64,000 nucleotides of DNA from Cirrosporium novae-zelandiae (Eukaryota): assembly GCA_026023565.1 (NCBI GenBank), contig JAPETS010000028.1:372001-436000 (forward strand). The letters are read 5' to 3'. A program made the position numbers and the translations under genes. How positions within the stretch are numbered: the stretch's first letter is position 1; each line of letters opens with the position of its first letter. A model generated the notes under the pieces. It saw nothing but the letters and a program-made list of their open reading frames with translations. It was not told where the DNA came from and ran no database searches. Of the stretch, positions 37,283 through 48,833 are shown piece by piece.

Positions 37283-38239
37283 ATGAAAGTAAGTAAATGT
37301 GTCTCCCGATTATCCAACCCTACCTTATACACCATCAACTACGTGATGACAATCAAACCCAATCCCACCTTACTACTCTTACCAACCAACCCAACCAAAC
37401 CAAACTAGCTCACCATCCCCTTCCTATCCCTATCTCTACTCCTCACCATCACCACCCAAGCCGCACCCACAAACCTCATCTCACATCCCCCCAAAGAAAA
37501 CACCCTCACCATCACACCACGCAAACAACAAGCTGTAATTGGGCGGATCTCCGTCCACAAAATTGGAACCGGTAACAACGACAACATAAACGACAACATA
37601 AACGACGACGATGACGACGATGACGAAGATGATGACGATGCTGAGTATGCCATAACATACGAATATTACTTCTATAATACAAACAAAGATGTCATTTATC
37701 GATGCTCGGGGGAGTCGTCGTCTAGAGATGATGAGGGTGAGGGTGAAGAGGAGTTGGGATTTAAAAATTGTGTGATTGATTTGTATTGTGCGGATCATAT
37801 AGAAAATGTTTTTGAACATGAGGAGGATGGCTGGGAGGAAGAAGAAGAAGAAGAAGAAGAAGAAGAAGAAGAAGAAGAATGGGAAGAGGAGGAGGAGGAT
37901 GACGATGATAATTGGGAGGATTTGGTAGACGACGAAGATTGGGAAGATTGGGAGAACGAAGAAGACTGGGATGAAGACGAATCCGTAGACCACCCCCTCC
38001 CAAGTCTAGATTCAGATCTCCTCTGCAATCCCGATTCCGATTCCGACGAGCTAATCCCCATATCCGCAAGCATGCGTCAGCGATTGATTTCTGAAGTCTG
38101 TGGACGTCGTCTTAAGGTAGAAGAGGTTGATGGTTCTTTTTTGGTTGAAGTGGATGGGGGTGAGGGTGAGGAGGAAGTGGAGGATGTGAAGGGGGACATG
38201 CAAGGGAAGGGGAAGAGGTCTAGATATGTACGTATGTAA
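37283..38239 (+). CDS. Putative secreted, extremely Asp/Glu-rich orphan protein (278 aa); 6-nt exon 1 (ATG AAA), intron 37289-37408
   Basis: ATGAAA|GTAAGT...AACTAG|CTCACC gives MK-LTIPFLSLSLLLTITTQA-APT (signal peptide) and an open frame from 37409 to TAA 38239. The branch point is weak. Confidence 0.7.
37838..37879 (+). repeat. (GAA)14 coding microsatellite (poly-Glu)
   Basis: Seen directly. Confidence 0.95.
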
Positions 38240-38894
38240 GTAAACATACATACAAGGTACTGTACCTTAGAATGTTAGGGTTGTGCTTGAAATTGAGATT
38301 GAGATTGGAGAGGTAGGTGGATAGATGGATATTATATATACTAATTGATACTTATTGATAGGCTAGATAGATTGATAATTAAAAAAAAAAACTAGATCTG
38401 ATATTCAATTTTTGTTTTCGGCAGAGTAATAAATAGCTACTATGCCCTATCTACCAACGATCAGTTATGTCCTATCTATCAGTGATGATGATAATGGATT
38501 TGCTCTTTTTTTGGAGGGGGAGGGAGGGGTTCTCGAATTCTTGGTTTGGTTTCGTTTCCCGTATCTCTGGATATAGGGATGACGCACCCTCGTTTTTATA
38601 ACTCTTATTTTTTCCTTTTTTTCTCGTTAATCTATGGAGTTTATTCATCTAATCGCCAAGTGGAAATAACCCTATGGTACATCTAGTCCATTCATTCATT
38701 CATTCGTGTTTATTAAACAAAAAAAACTTACATGATTGATTGAACCACCACGAGGGAAAATATCCCCAAAGGCCAAACAGCCAGCAGCCAGTATCAAAGC
38801 ACAGTCCAGCCTAGTCCAGCCTAGTCCAACCCAGCCCAGCTCAGTACCCTCCACCATAGGGCGGGCAAACCCCCAGATCTACCTACCTACCTAT

Positions 38895-40787
38895 CTACCT
38901 ATCCCTCAACCTAACAACCAAGTTCTCATAACTCATTTCCTGTCTGTTGATTCCCTCCAACATCATCATCGGATTCGAACTCTCCTCCACTCTTTCGATT
39001 TTCCATTTTTGGATTATCTGTTATATATATAAGAAAATGAAGATGTTAAAAACTAATTTTTTTTGATAGATATGGATAGATGGGATGGTGAATGTGAATG
39101 TGAATGTGATTACTGGGGCCTAGGGAGATGGGGATGTACTCACAGTAGAAATAACATTCAAAAGAATCATCATAGCGAGTTCCTTACCCAAGCATCCTCT
39201 ATTCCCCCGAGAAAATACCGCCCATGCATCTTCCATCATTCTCCTTTTTTCTCTTCCACGGTCTCCGTAATCCTCATCTCCACCACCACCAAGCCACCTC
39301 TCCGGTTTAAATTCCCCCGCATCATCGCCATACGCCTCCACTGAATAGCAAATAACGTATATATTGCATGCGACGGTTGTGCCTACAGGTAGTGGGCCTT
39401 TTATCCCTGGAATTAGTAGCTCGCCGCCAGGTCGGATTTCTCGCTCGAAGGGGGAAGGGAAGGGGGGGTGGATTCTTAGGGATTCGTGTATGAATGCTTG
39501 GAGGAGCGGGGTTGGTGGGGGTTGGGGGTTGGAAATAGGTGGGTCGATGGTTGAGGGGTTGGAGGTGTTGGTTTGGAGCTCCGCGAGTATGCGATCTTGC
39601 CATGATGGATGGAGGCTGAGTTCGTGGATTATGGCGGCTAGGGAGGCGGCGGTGGAGGCGGTTCCGGCGAAGGCCATGTTGATTGTTTCAGAGAGGACGA
39701 AGTAGTGGTGGTCGCTGGTGGGTTTTCTTGTTCTGTCGGTGGTAGTGGTGGTGGGGCCTACAAGTAAGAAATTTTTGATGATGCTTTCTTGCATGTTTTT
39801 TACATCGTCGTCTTCTTGGTTTTTTCTAAAACAGGCTGTCTGGGCGAGGTCGACGACGGCAGTGAAGCCTATGGGATGGCCTTGGGTGTCGTATGAAAGT
39901 TTGTTGAAACGGAATTTGCTGAACGCTTGTGCAAGCCAGGGGACTAGACCGAGTCCGAATGCTAGTCTTACTATTTTAGCTCGAGATGATATTAGGTTAA
40001 AGAGGTCGTGATCCGAGCCGATGAAGTTATAGGTTTGGCCGAAGATGACTTTGAGGAGGAGCTGGAGGGTTAGTTTTTCGAGTTTTGGAGCTATATTAAT
40101 GGAGTTGAGGGATTCTTCTTTTTTTTGTTTCGCCTGGATACTTGAGGATGTTATGTTCTCAGACAGATGAGAAATAAAGTGCTCAACATTTTTTTGGATA
40201 ATGGGTCGATATGACATTAAAGCTCTTGGGGTGAGTGCCGTAAACACGACTTTTCTTCTTTTATCCCTGTGTAGGTCTGGGTTCTTTGTTGCAAATGAAG
40301 ATGCCCTTTTATCGTCGGTAGGACCAGCTAGAAGATAGAAGTCGCCCTTTGCCAATCTTCTGATATCTGTGCCGTAGATGGTTCGGTAGGCAGAAAGGGA
40401 GGAGAAGAGGAGACGGTTGGGGCCAGCTCGAACAATGGTACCATATCGTGCATGGAGGGTAGAATGAATGTGATGTTGATTCCCTTGGAGGTAGATGAAG
40501 AGACTCCTTTGAGAGAGATAAGCAGATACACAGAAATGCCCCAAGTAAGGAATGATATACTTACCAGAAGTTGGTGAGTTTTGCAAGTAGAGGTCCAGGA
40601 TAAGCGGATAGGGGATGGAAATAGATGAGATAGACGCAACGACTTAAGAAAATGATGAAAAACGGGAAGATCAACTCTAGAGGGCTCATGATTACAAGAA
40701 ATACTGGGAAAGAGGTCAGTTATGAAAATAGTTCATGCCCATACATGGAAGATGGATTGTCAAGAGGAGAGAACCTATATTGTTCAT
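38895..40787 (-). CDS. Cytochrome P450 monooxygenase; introns 40744-40704, 40564-40507, 39143-39018
   Basis: TM anchor plus YFHPLSAYPGPLLAKLTNFW, LHARYGTIVRAGPN, ESLR (ExxR), FKPERW and heme motif FSRGNRGCLG. Confidence 0.93.
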
Positions 40788-41805
40788 TGTTGGTTTCCTG
40801 ACAGGAAACTAGGTGGACTGTACTGTAAAGCAATGTAGGACAAGATCCTACGCTGTACTTTTATTCTCACTGTAGACAACCTAACCCCTTGATTAAATAA
40901 CAACCATCAATTTGGAAAGCCTTTCTGATATCATAATTTATAAATATTCGTTTCAGTCAAACAAAACTAGGCTCTCTTTGCAAGTCAATTCTGCAAGAAT
41001 GTCTTCTAGATTCAGATTAGAAGACTCTATGAGAGAGAAATTCAGTCAGTGAAATATGTATTATTTCACAACTTAACATCAACGCCATTAAATTGACTTG
41101 TTGTCAAAGATGACCCTCAACGAGGAAGCTAAATGGATCGACGCCTAAGAGAGCAGCTCGTGGAGGTTGAAGGAGATAAAAGTCCCACTAAAGGCATCAT
41201 GTCCGGTGAGCCGAGGTAAAGGAAAGAAATGTTGCCAATTCCTGCCAATTCATGCCGTTTTTCCTTGATTGGAAGTGAATCCGATGCAATTATTGATTCT
41301 ATCAACTTTATCACTTCTATTCGTTTGGTTTTTCTTGTGGGGTTCTTGGTGATCCACTTCTATAACACATCTCTGGTGTAGTTATGAGACATTTGAAGTT
41401 TTGAACCTTTCCACCATTTTTACCAGGACGAGAGTTTTCAGCAAGCAAACGAGTCCTTTCCATAATGTGCTTTAACACTCTTAGGCCAAAGCCCCGCCGA
41501 TAACACATTTTGGCCCTATAACATATCAGCCTCACTGATCCTTTCCATTATTAGCGTATTCAATGTTTTCCTAGTTTGATCCCAGTTGGTCAGGATGGAG
41601 TTAGACGGCTATTTCCTGCCTAAACACCACCTTGACCTTACAGTTCAAGCTTCCCGGTCCACATGTTCATGGCGGTCTAGGAGTGAATATTTCATTCTCC
41701 GCTCCGCGGCCCACCGAGTATCCCATCATATAAACCAGCTCAAGCAGCATTTACAACTTACTTTATACATTAACATACGCGAATTAAGTACAGCTAGAAA
41801 CCAAA

Positions 41806-42773
41806 ATGTCTTCCCTCATTGAAATGCTCCAGGCCCTCAAAGACCGTGACGCTTCACAAAAGGTCGACTTTTCCAAGCCCTTGGATGCCTCCTCCGTAAA
41901 AGACAAGACCGTGTTGATCACAGGAGGAGCAAGTGGACTTGGAGAAGCATCCGCACGTGCATTTGCTAAGGCTGGCGCATATGTTACTGTCGCAGATTTG
42001 AACGAGGAGCTAGGAAGCAAGCTTGAGAAGGAACTAGTGGGGTTGGGACAGAAGTATGTCTTCCCCCATCACCTTGGAGAACTTTCACTGATATTAAAAG
42101 GGTAAAATTCGTAAAGACAGACGTCCTCGACTGGGATTCCCAAACAAATGCTTTCAAAGCTGCCATTGCCTTCTCCCCCGCTAATTCCCTCAACATCGTC
42201 ATTCCATGTGCCGGCACCACTGGCGGGAGAATCAGTCTCGCACCCCCCGAAAACCCCGAAGCTGATCCCCCTAAACCTACTGCCATGGGTTTACGTACAC
42301 TATTATTTGGTGAATATTACACCACGTGTCTAGCCATGCACTATTTTTCGCTACCAACCGCAGCGACAGACAGGTCACTTCTACTAGTCAGTAGTATGGC
42401 AGGATATTCAGGGATTCCCCTGGCAATCGAATACACAACCGCAAAACATGGTGTAAGAGGGCTATTCTACTCTCTCCGAGCCCCCTGCAAGCAAGCCGGT
42501 ATCCGCGTCAACTTACTTGCTCCAACTTTCATCGACACGCCCATGATCGCCCACATGATGGAGGGATTGAAGAAGGCGGGTGTAAAGTTTGCAACCACAG
42601 AGGACTGTGTAGATGCAGTGCTAAGAGTTTCGAGCGATTCGACAATCAGCGGAAGGGCCGTGTGCGTCGGAGGTGATGGCAATTTCGATCTCAGGGACGA
42701 TCATGACGGAAAGTTTGGCGGAGAAGAATTGGAAGATTATTTGAAGAGAGGAATGTTGGGTATTATGATGTAA
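41806..42773 (+). CDS. Short-chain dehydrogenase/reductase (15-hydroxyprostaglandin-dehydrogenase-like fungal type); intron 42054-42100
   Basis: VLITGGASGLG, TDVLDWDSQ, SSMAGY, catalytic YTTAKHGVRGL and IRVNLLAPTFIDTPM. Confidence 0.9.
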
Positions 42774-43231
42774 TTTGATGTTATGGTGATATAATACCTC
42801 ATTGAAGGGGCCTTCTGTGATGTTAAATTTATGTTGGATATCCTTGCTCTGGATATATATAGGGGAAATTGTAGGTAGAATTTGTATATGAACAAATCTT
42901 GAACATGTTATCGCTATGAGGACCGGCTGTTTCTAATCTATGCCGGTTTGCGCTGTCGAGATTGTCTACAAACTAAGATCTAATCTCTAGCAGCCTGTAA
43001 ACCACGTGGCAGATAGATTATTGAAAGAACGAGAATTAATTTCTAGTCATCCTCTAAGGACTATTCTAGACTAGATGTAGCTAGAACTAATAATTGGCCG
43101 CTCTCATTAACGGTAAGGTAGAAAGAGTGGCGGATATGTCGTAAATCATACTTTGGTATATAGTTCAATAGCAACTATCGACCCTCCGTTGGAATGACGT
43201 CGCCAAAGTCGTAGCTACTCACCGCAGCCCT

Positions 43232-44546
43232 TTACTCACCCAAAGCCATTTCCAATATCTCCAGAACCTGACTTTTCTCCTTCAGTGGAACTGGATTATC
43301 CGCACACCAAGGGTCGTGGAGGCTATTTTCAGCCAGCTGATCTAGCTTATCACGCCCTACCTTGACATCCTTTAAGCTTCGGGGCATTCCTAGTTCTTTG
43401 ACGACGGCATCCAAGACATCACCAAGATCTGCTTTACATTCGTCCAACCCTCTGCGCTGCAGCACAGCTTTGGTCTCTCCATCCTCCCATAAGAGTTCAC
43501 GAACCGCATCCTGTCGCTTTCTAGCCGTCTCATCCCCATGGTGAAGATTGTATTTGCACACAGCTGGAAGCAAAATGCAGCTCGTTTCCCCATGCCCTAC
43601 TCCCAACGGACCTAGCTGATGTCCTATACCATGGCTGCCTCCCATGATATTCCCGTAGCCAGAAGACACGGCTTTCATTGCATCCATGACTGCCATCTGG
43701 GCTTGGCGTCTAGGCTCCAAAGCCTGCGGATCATGCTTGGTTGCAAGCAACGCTGGTACAAGCTTCCTCAGCCCATCCCTTGCTCTTGCATCTGACTGTG
43801 GGGTACCCTTTGTTGAGCATAATGCCTCCACGCAATGATCAACGGATCTGATGCCAGTGCTCAGCCAGACCCACTCAGGAGTAGTTGTCGAGAGTTCAGC
43901 ATCGAGAATCACAAGCGCCGGTCCTTTTATAGGACCCCCGAACATGTGTTTTCGATGAGTTCTGTCATCAGTACCTCCCGCGAAGTTGGAGTATTCGCCT
44001 CCAGATAATGACGTGGGAATAGAGATAACGGGAATGGTAGGTTCATTTACATGACCTCTCTTTTTGGTGGCATCACCAGAAAGCGACTCGATATCATCGA
44101 TTGAGGATACGTCGTTGGAAATAGCCTGTTCTACACTGTAAGCGTTCAATATTCACCTCATTAACTGGATCGAGCTTTTCAACAAGAGTAATAATCTTAG
44201 AGCTGTCCGTCAATGTGCCTGCTCCAAGCGTGACCAAGATATCCGCCTTGGCCTCCTTTGCATCCCTGGTAACTTCCAAAATCTCCGACCACAAGCTATG
44301 CGATTCCAACCCAACGCGCGTCCCCACAACCTTGTCACCAAGGGCCTGTTTAAGGTTCTTGAGAGCATCAGTTTTTCGTGCCAAGGAACCAGACGAAATA
44401 ATATAAACTCTTGAAGCATGGAAAGTTTCTTCGACTCTTTTAGCACATGCTTCGGGGAACGGCAGACCGTAGCTAATGTAAGGTTTTTTAATGTCCGGAA
44501 AGGCAGATCTGAAAGTCTCTTGGTGGGGTACGTTGGAGGAGGCCAT
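43232..44546 (-). CDS. Iron-containing (type III) alcohol dehydrogenase, maleylacetate-reductase-like; intron 44183-44126
   Basis: VTLGAGTLTDSSK, IPTSLSGGEYS, TGIRSVDHCVE and SHGIGHQLGPLGVGHGETSC (metal-binding Asp/His residues). Confidence 0.9.
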
Positions 44547-46407
44547 GAATGATGATGCTTCAAGTGGATTTTAGAATTTAGGGGGTGGTGGGTCAGTTCC
44601 CTTTGAAAGTGAATGTCAAGCTTCCAACGTTCTGCGTAACTGGTTTCATATATACATACGGGATGGGCCTCCCCTCCCTCAGGAAATCATATTAATAAGG
44701 ATATTATTGTTTACATGTGCAAGTTACGTGTTTGATTTGTCAAGGGATTACTGATATTACCTTCTTCTTCTTATTCACCCCTGTTTTCGGAAATATCTTT
44801 TAATCAATGACGAAAAAAATGTTTAAGCGAGTCCGTTGAGACTAATTAACTAAAATCTAACCCCTCAACACTTCATTCAGCCTTGTTCGCCTCTTTTTTT
44901 TACTACCAAAAATATATAACTAAGAGATTTGGATAATTCAGAGATTTTGGAACGGTTCCTTATAGCAGAAACACAGCTATAGCAATATGATTTTTTTTGA
45001 TTTTTTTTGAAAAATTAAAGAGAACCACTTTTTTGTCAGATAGGGGGACACAATGGAAACAAAGCATTCCATTATTTATGACATCCCCCCTAATGCTGCA
45101 TAGATGGATGATCTAAGAGTATATAATGAGAATCTTGGATTATTTTTCAACCAACCAGATGATTGATATACAAGCGTCTCCCGAAACCCTTGATATAACT
45201 ATCTAGTTACTGTCGCTGCTTGACGTCCACCCTATCATCCCTAATTAAGCCGTCCCATCAATTTCTATATCTCCCTCCCCCAAATACCCCATCTCCCAGA
45301 TCCAGATCCGAAATTAGATACTTAGATATTATTATTCCCCTAGATAATTATCCTCTTTTAAAAAAGCCTCCCCCCTCCATTCTTCCTTCCTACTAGATTC
45401 AAGATTAGTTCTCTAGATATACGACTAGGAATGAGATCACCAGTTGATCTCCTCTGTAGAGGGAGGGAATCTGATAATGATGATGGCTTGAATTATTTTC
45501 AAAGGAGCTATATATATATAAAACTCTGCTCGTTAAACAAGATAGGTATCAACTCAACCCACCCACTTACTAATCAATCAATCAATCAATATATCCATAT
45601 CCATATCTATATCCGTATCCATTTAGGACTAATCCATTCCCGTGAAGGGGGGAGGGGGGAGGTGTACTATACATGTTATTTATTATGAATTATCAAAATA
45701 GAGATAAAAATAGAGACGAAGACAGATGAAATAAATCTTATATCTAGATGTAGATACATAGGTAGATATAGATATAGATTAATCATTTCCTTTTACAGTA
45801 CTTCTTTAAGTAAGTGCCCCCCCCTCTCTCTCTATATATAAACCCACACACATACCCTTCCCTCCCCCCCCTTTTTTAAAAACCCTCCAAACGAAAAACG
45901 AAAATCAAAATTGTTTCTGGGAGGTTGGAAATCTGGGCTTTCTTTCCCCTTTTTTACGGTTTGTGGGGGTATAGGGGAGGGGGGGAGGGAAGGTATGGGT
46001 TTTGGATTTTGGGTTCTAGGGATTATGTGAAAGCCATAAAAACATGGTGAAAACAGTTTGGTATAGACTAGTTAGGGTTTTGAGAATCGGGGATTCATTT
46101 TAGGCGGCAGGTATGAAGCCATGAAAGAAACAACATCAAGATCAAGGGTAACCACCTATTGCGAAAGACGGTTCGGTAATGGTTCGGTTGAATGGTGAGA
46201 TCAAACCCTCCAACCAACATTCACATTTCCGAGTTGCCAAGGATAACTGGTCAAGCGAGTAATAGCTCAAAACACGCATAACGGGGTTCTTGTTGGATGC
46301 CATTCTGGAACTTCAGTGCTGTACAAAGGTCATTTTCTCCATAGATGAGCGTTCGCTGACCTCGAGTTTCTGTGGGTGGATCACCTGGAATCATTACGTC
46401 CCTCTCG

Positions 46408-47324
46408 CTAGTTTGTTTCCGGGAGGAAGTACTGGGTAATTTTTTCTTCGAATGGGGCAACACCCTTAAACCGGGATAGGCTAGAGTCGTTTACCTTCCC
46501 ATTTTTCCACACTGAATGCATAATCTTGAGCACACGGTCCTTTCCTGCATCGGCCATCCATTTCGCATACAAAGAGTTGAACACATCAGTGACGAAATCG
46601 TTAGGGTGGTTAGCTGGACGCCAACCAAGGAGGGTGTCAGCGTAGACACATAGATCAATGAGAAGCTGGCGCAGAGGCAGTTCTTTTCGGATTTGGCTGA
46701 CGCACTCAGTAAAGAAGGTAAGCTTATCTTGGTGAGATAGGATCTTTTGATTGTCTCGAATCATCACAGCAACCGCGTTGCAAAGGCGTGGTATCCGCCG
46801 CCCGTCCGCAAAAGCATAAAGCCCCATGAGGTTATTGGGAGTATTGCATTCAATACCCAAGGCCAATGGGAGCTGTTTTTCCTGTTTAGCGATAGCATCT
46901 TTGTAGATCCATGTGAAGAACAGCTCAAAGATAGCTACATCTTCTGTCTCAAGGACGATGATATTTTCATGAGCTTCTTTGAACCGTCCACTAAGTGCAC
47001 ATTTGAAATAGCCAGAATAATGCAAGAGGAGGCCTTTATGAACTTCGAAGAGTTCACCCTTGGGGCCAACTTTGATTTGCACCACAGAATCAAAAAGATT
47101 CCTTTAGTGGAAATGGTAGGTTAGCATTTGATTTCCTGAGGATCAAGTGATCATTTGCATTGAAGAAGGGGCAGCACTCGCCACGTCATAAATACCAGTT
47201 GGGGTCTGAAACTTGGTAAGGAATAAGGAGGAGATGCGACATACGTGAATGATCTTGGCTTCTTGCTTGGGGACGTCTTGGCCCCATCATCCATCTTCCT
47301 TTTCTGAGAAACTCGGCGTTCCAT
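46408..47324 (-). CDS. BTB/POZ domain protein (paralog 1); intron 47244-47102
   Basis: VQIKVGPKGELFEVHKGLLLHYSGYFKCALSGRFKEA...FELFFTWIY...LYAFADGRRIPRLCN; basic first exon MERRVSQKRK...SKKPRSF. Confidence 0.9.
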
Positions 47325-47808
47325 TGATGTCGGATGAGAAGCAATCAGAGGTTAAATTGAAGGTATGGAAGGCCGAAAATGTAGTAAATTGAAGATACAA
47401 TGAACTGGAAGTGTTGTAACTTGATAGTATGATGATTTTGGATTTAGGTGAGTAGAATGGTCTGGGTCGTGATATTGATAGGAACGAGGAGAAGGGTGGA
47501 CGAAGGACAAGAAGATCGACCTTGATAGCGGGCTTTGTATCTCCTCACATGAACCAGCAATACCAGATATAAGTCATAATAGCAGAAATCATTCAGATGA
47601 ACCCAGAAAGCTTCCCAGGTTAGTAGGCGCATGGGTATGCCCTGAGAAATAAAAATCTATTTATTTTTACCTGCAAATCCCAACGCTCCACCAAAAAGAA
47701 CAGTCTCTACTCTAATTACTGTTCTCCATCTTTTGATAACCTGGCAAATTATCCTTGAGCATCCAATAACTAATTTTGCACGATTTAACCCTAATGTATG
47801 CAATGAAG

Positions 47809-48833
47809 TTATTTTTCCAGGCTGCCTTCAGAGATCATATACTTGCTAACGCTGCCTGGTTTGAATGGGTCTGGATAACAGTGTGCTATAGTATGCGTTC
47901 TCCATCCTTCAAATATCTTTTTCAGTACAGCACAAATAAAATCTTGGGGGTACTTGTCCGGTTGGAACAGCTTCACGTCATCTATTTTGAAGGCAAACGT
48001 ATCGACCAGGAAAGCATGCAGGGGCAGGCCTTTCCTCACATACTTGTAGGACCATTCGACGAGTTTGGGGCTTTTAACGAAATACTCTTGAATCGAAGAC
48101 TCAGAGGCTTGGAATTTTTCTCGCATTGTTATCAATACCGCATTGCCAAGACGAGGAATTCCACGCTTGTCAGAAAAAACGTAGAGCTTAAGAAGTTGGA
48201 GGAATTCTATGTCGGTATCTAACGCAGACGGAGTTGTTTCGCAGTCCGTAGTAACATCTTTGTATAACCACTTGAAGAATACTCGGAATACCTCAACTTC
48301 CTCGGTTTCTAGGATGATGACTCCTTCGTTCCCTTCCTTGAAAGGCCCGCTAAGCGCTGCGCGGAAGTATGATGAGTAGTGACTTAGGAGCCCTTTATGG
48401 ACTTCAAAACAAAATTGTTCAAGACCGACTTTAATCTTAACAGTCGTGTCTAACAAGGCTCTGTGATTAGAATGTTAGCACCACGTTCAGGAAAGCTCAT
48501 TTATGACCCTAAACAACCAATATAATTCCTCGCGTAGAGATATCCCCAATGTTTTAATATAAAAATTAGTCCTCATCCCAAACTTCCCTTGTTCAAATTG
48601 AACTCTCCAATGTGAATTTGTAAAATCTAACACTATTGACAGATACTAATGTCGTAGATGCTTGGGTATGTAAAAGGAATGGACATTAAAGGCCTAGTAC
48701 AGAAAAAAAAACCAAGCTAAGTGGTGAAATAGACATACTCAAATGATAGCTTCATCCTTTTCTTCTGGACTTTATCGCGCTTTTCCTGGGCCTTTCGCTT
48801 TTTATGGCGCTGGCGAGCCTTGGTACTCGGCAT
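47809..48833 (-). CDS. BTB/POZ domain protein (paralog 2); intron 48738-48461
   Basis: VKIKVGLEQFCFEVHKGLLSHYSSYFRAALSGPFKEG...FRVFFKWLY...LYVFSDKRGIPRLGN; basic first exon MPSTKARQRHKKRK...KKRMKLSF. Confidence 0.9.

Noticed and set aside
24402..38239. Functional link between the oxalate-CoA ligase and the acidic secreted protein (calcium oxalate system)
   Set aside because: They are 11 kb apart with unrelated housekeeping genes between them, and PCS60 is broadly conserved. Nothing in the sequence links them.
42148..42333. Apparent frameshift in the second SDR suggested by overlapping ORFs
   Set aside because: After the 42054-42100 intron the frame is continuous to TAA 42773.
44800..46100. 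RIP-degraded transposon in the AT-rich spacer
   Set aside because: Only microsatellite-like and homopolymer tracts are present, with no transposase/RT remnants or LTRs that I can recognise.
47786..47794. TAACCCTAA, resembling a telomere repeat or telomerase RNA template
   Set aside because: Single short match just downstream of a BTB stop codon, with no array or supporting structure.
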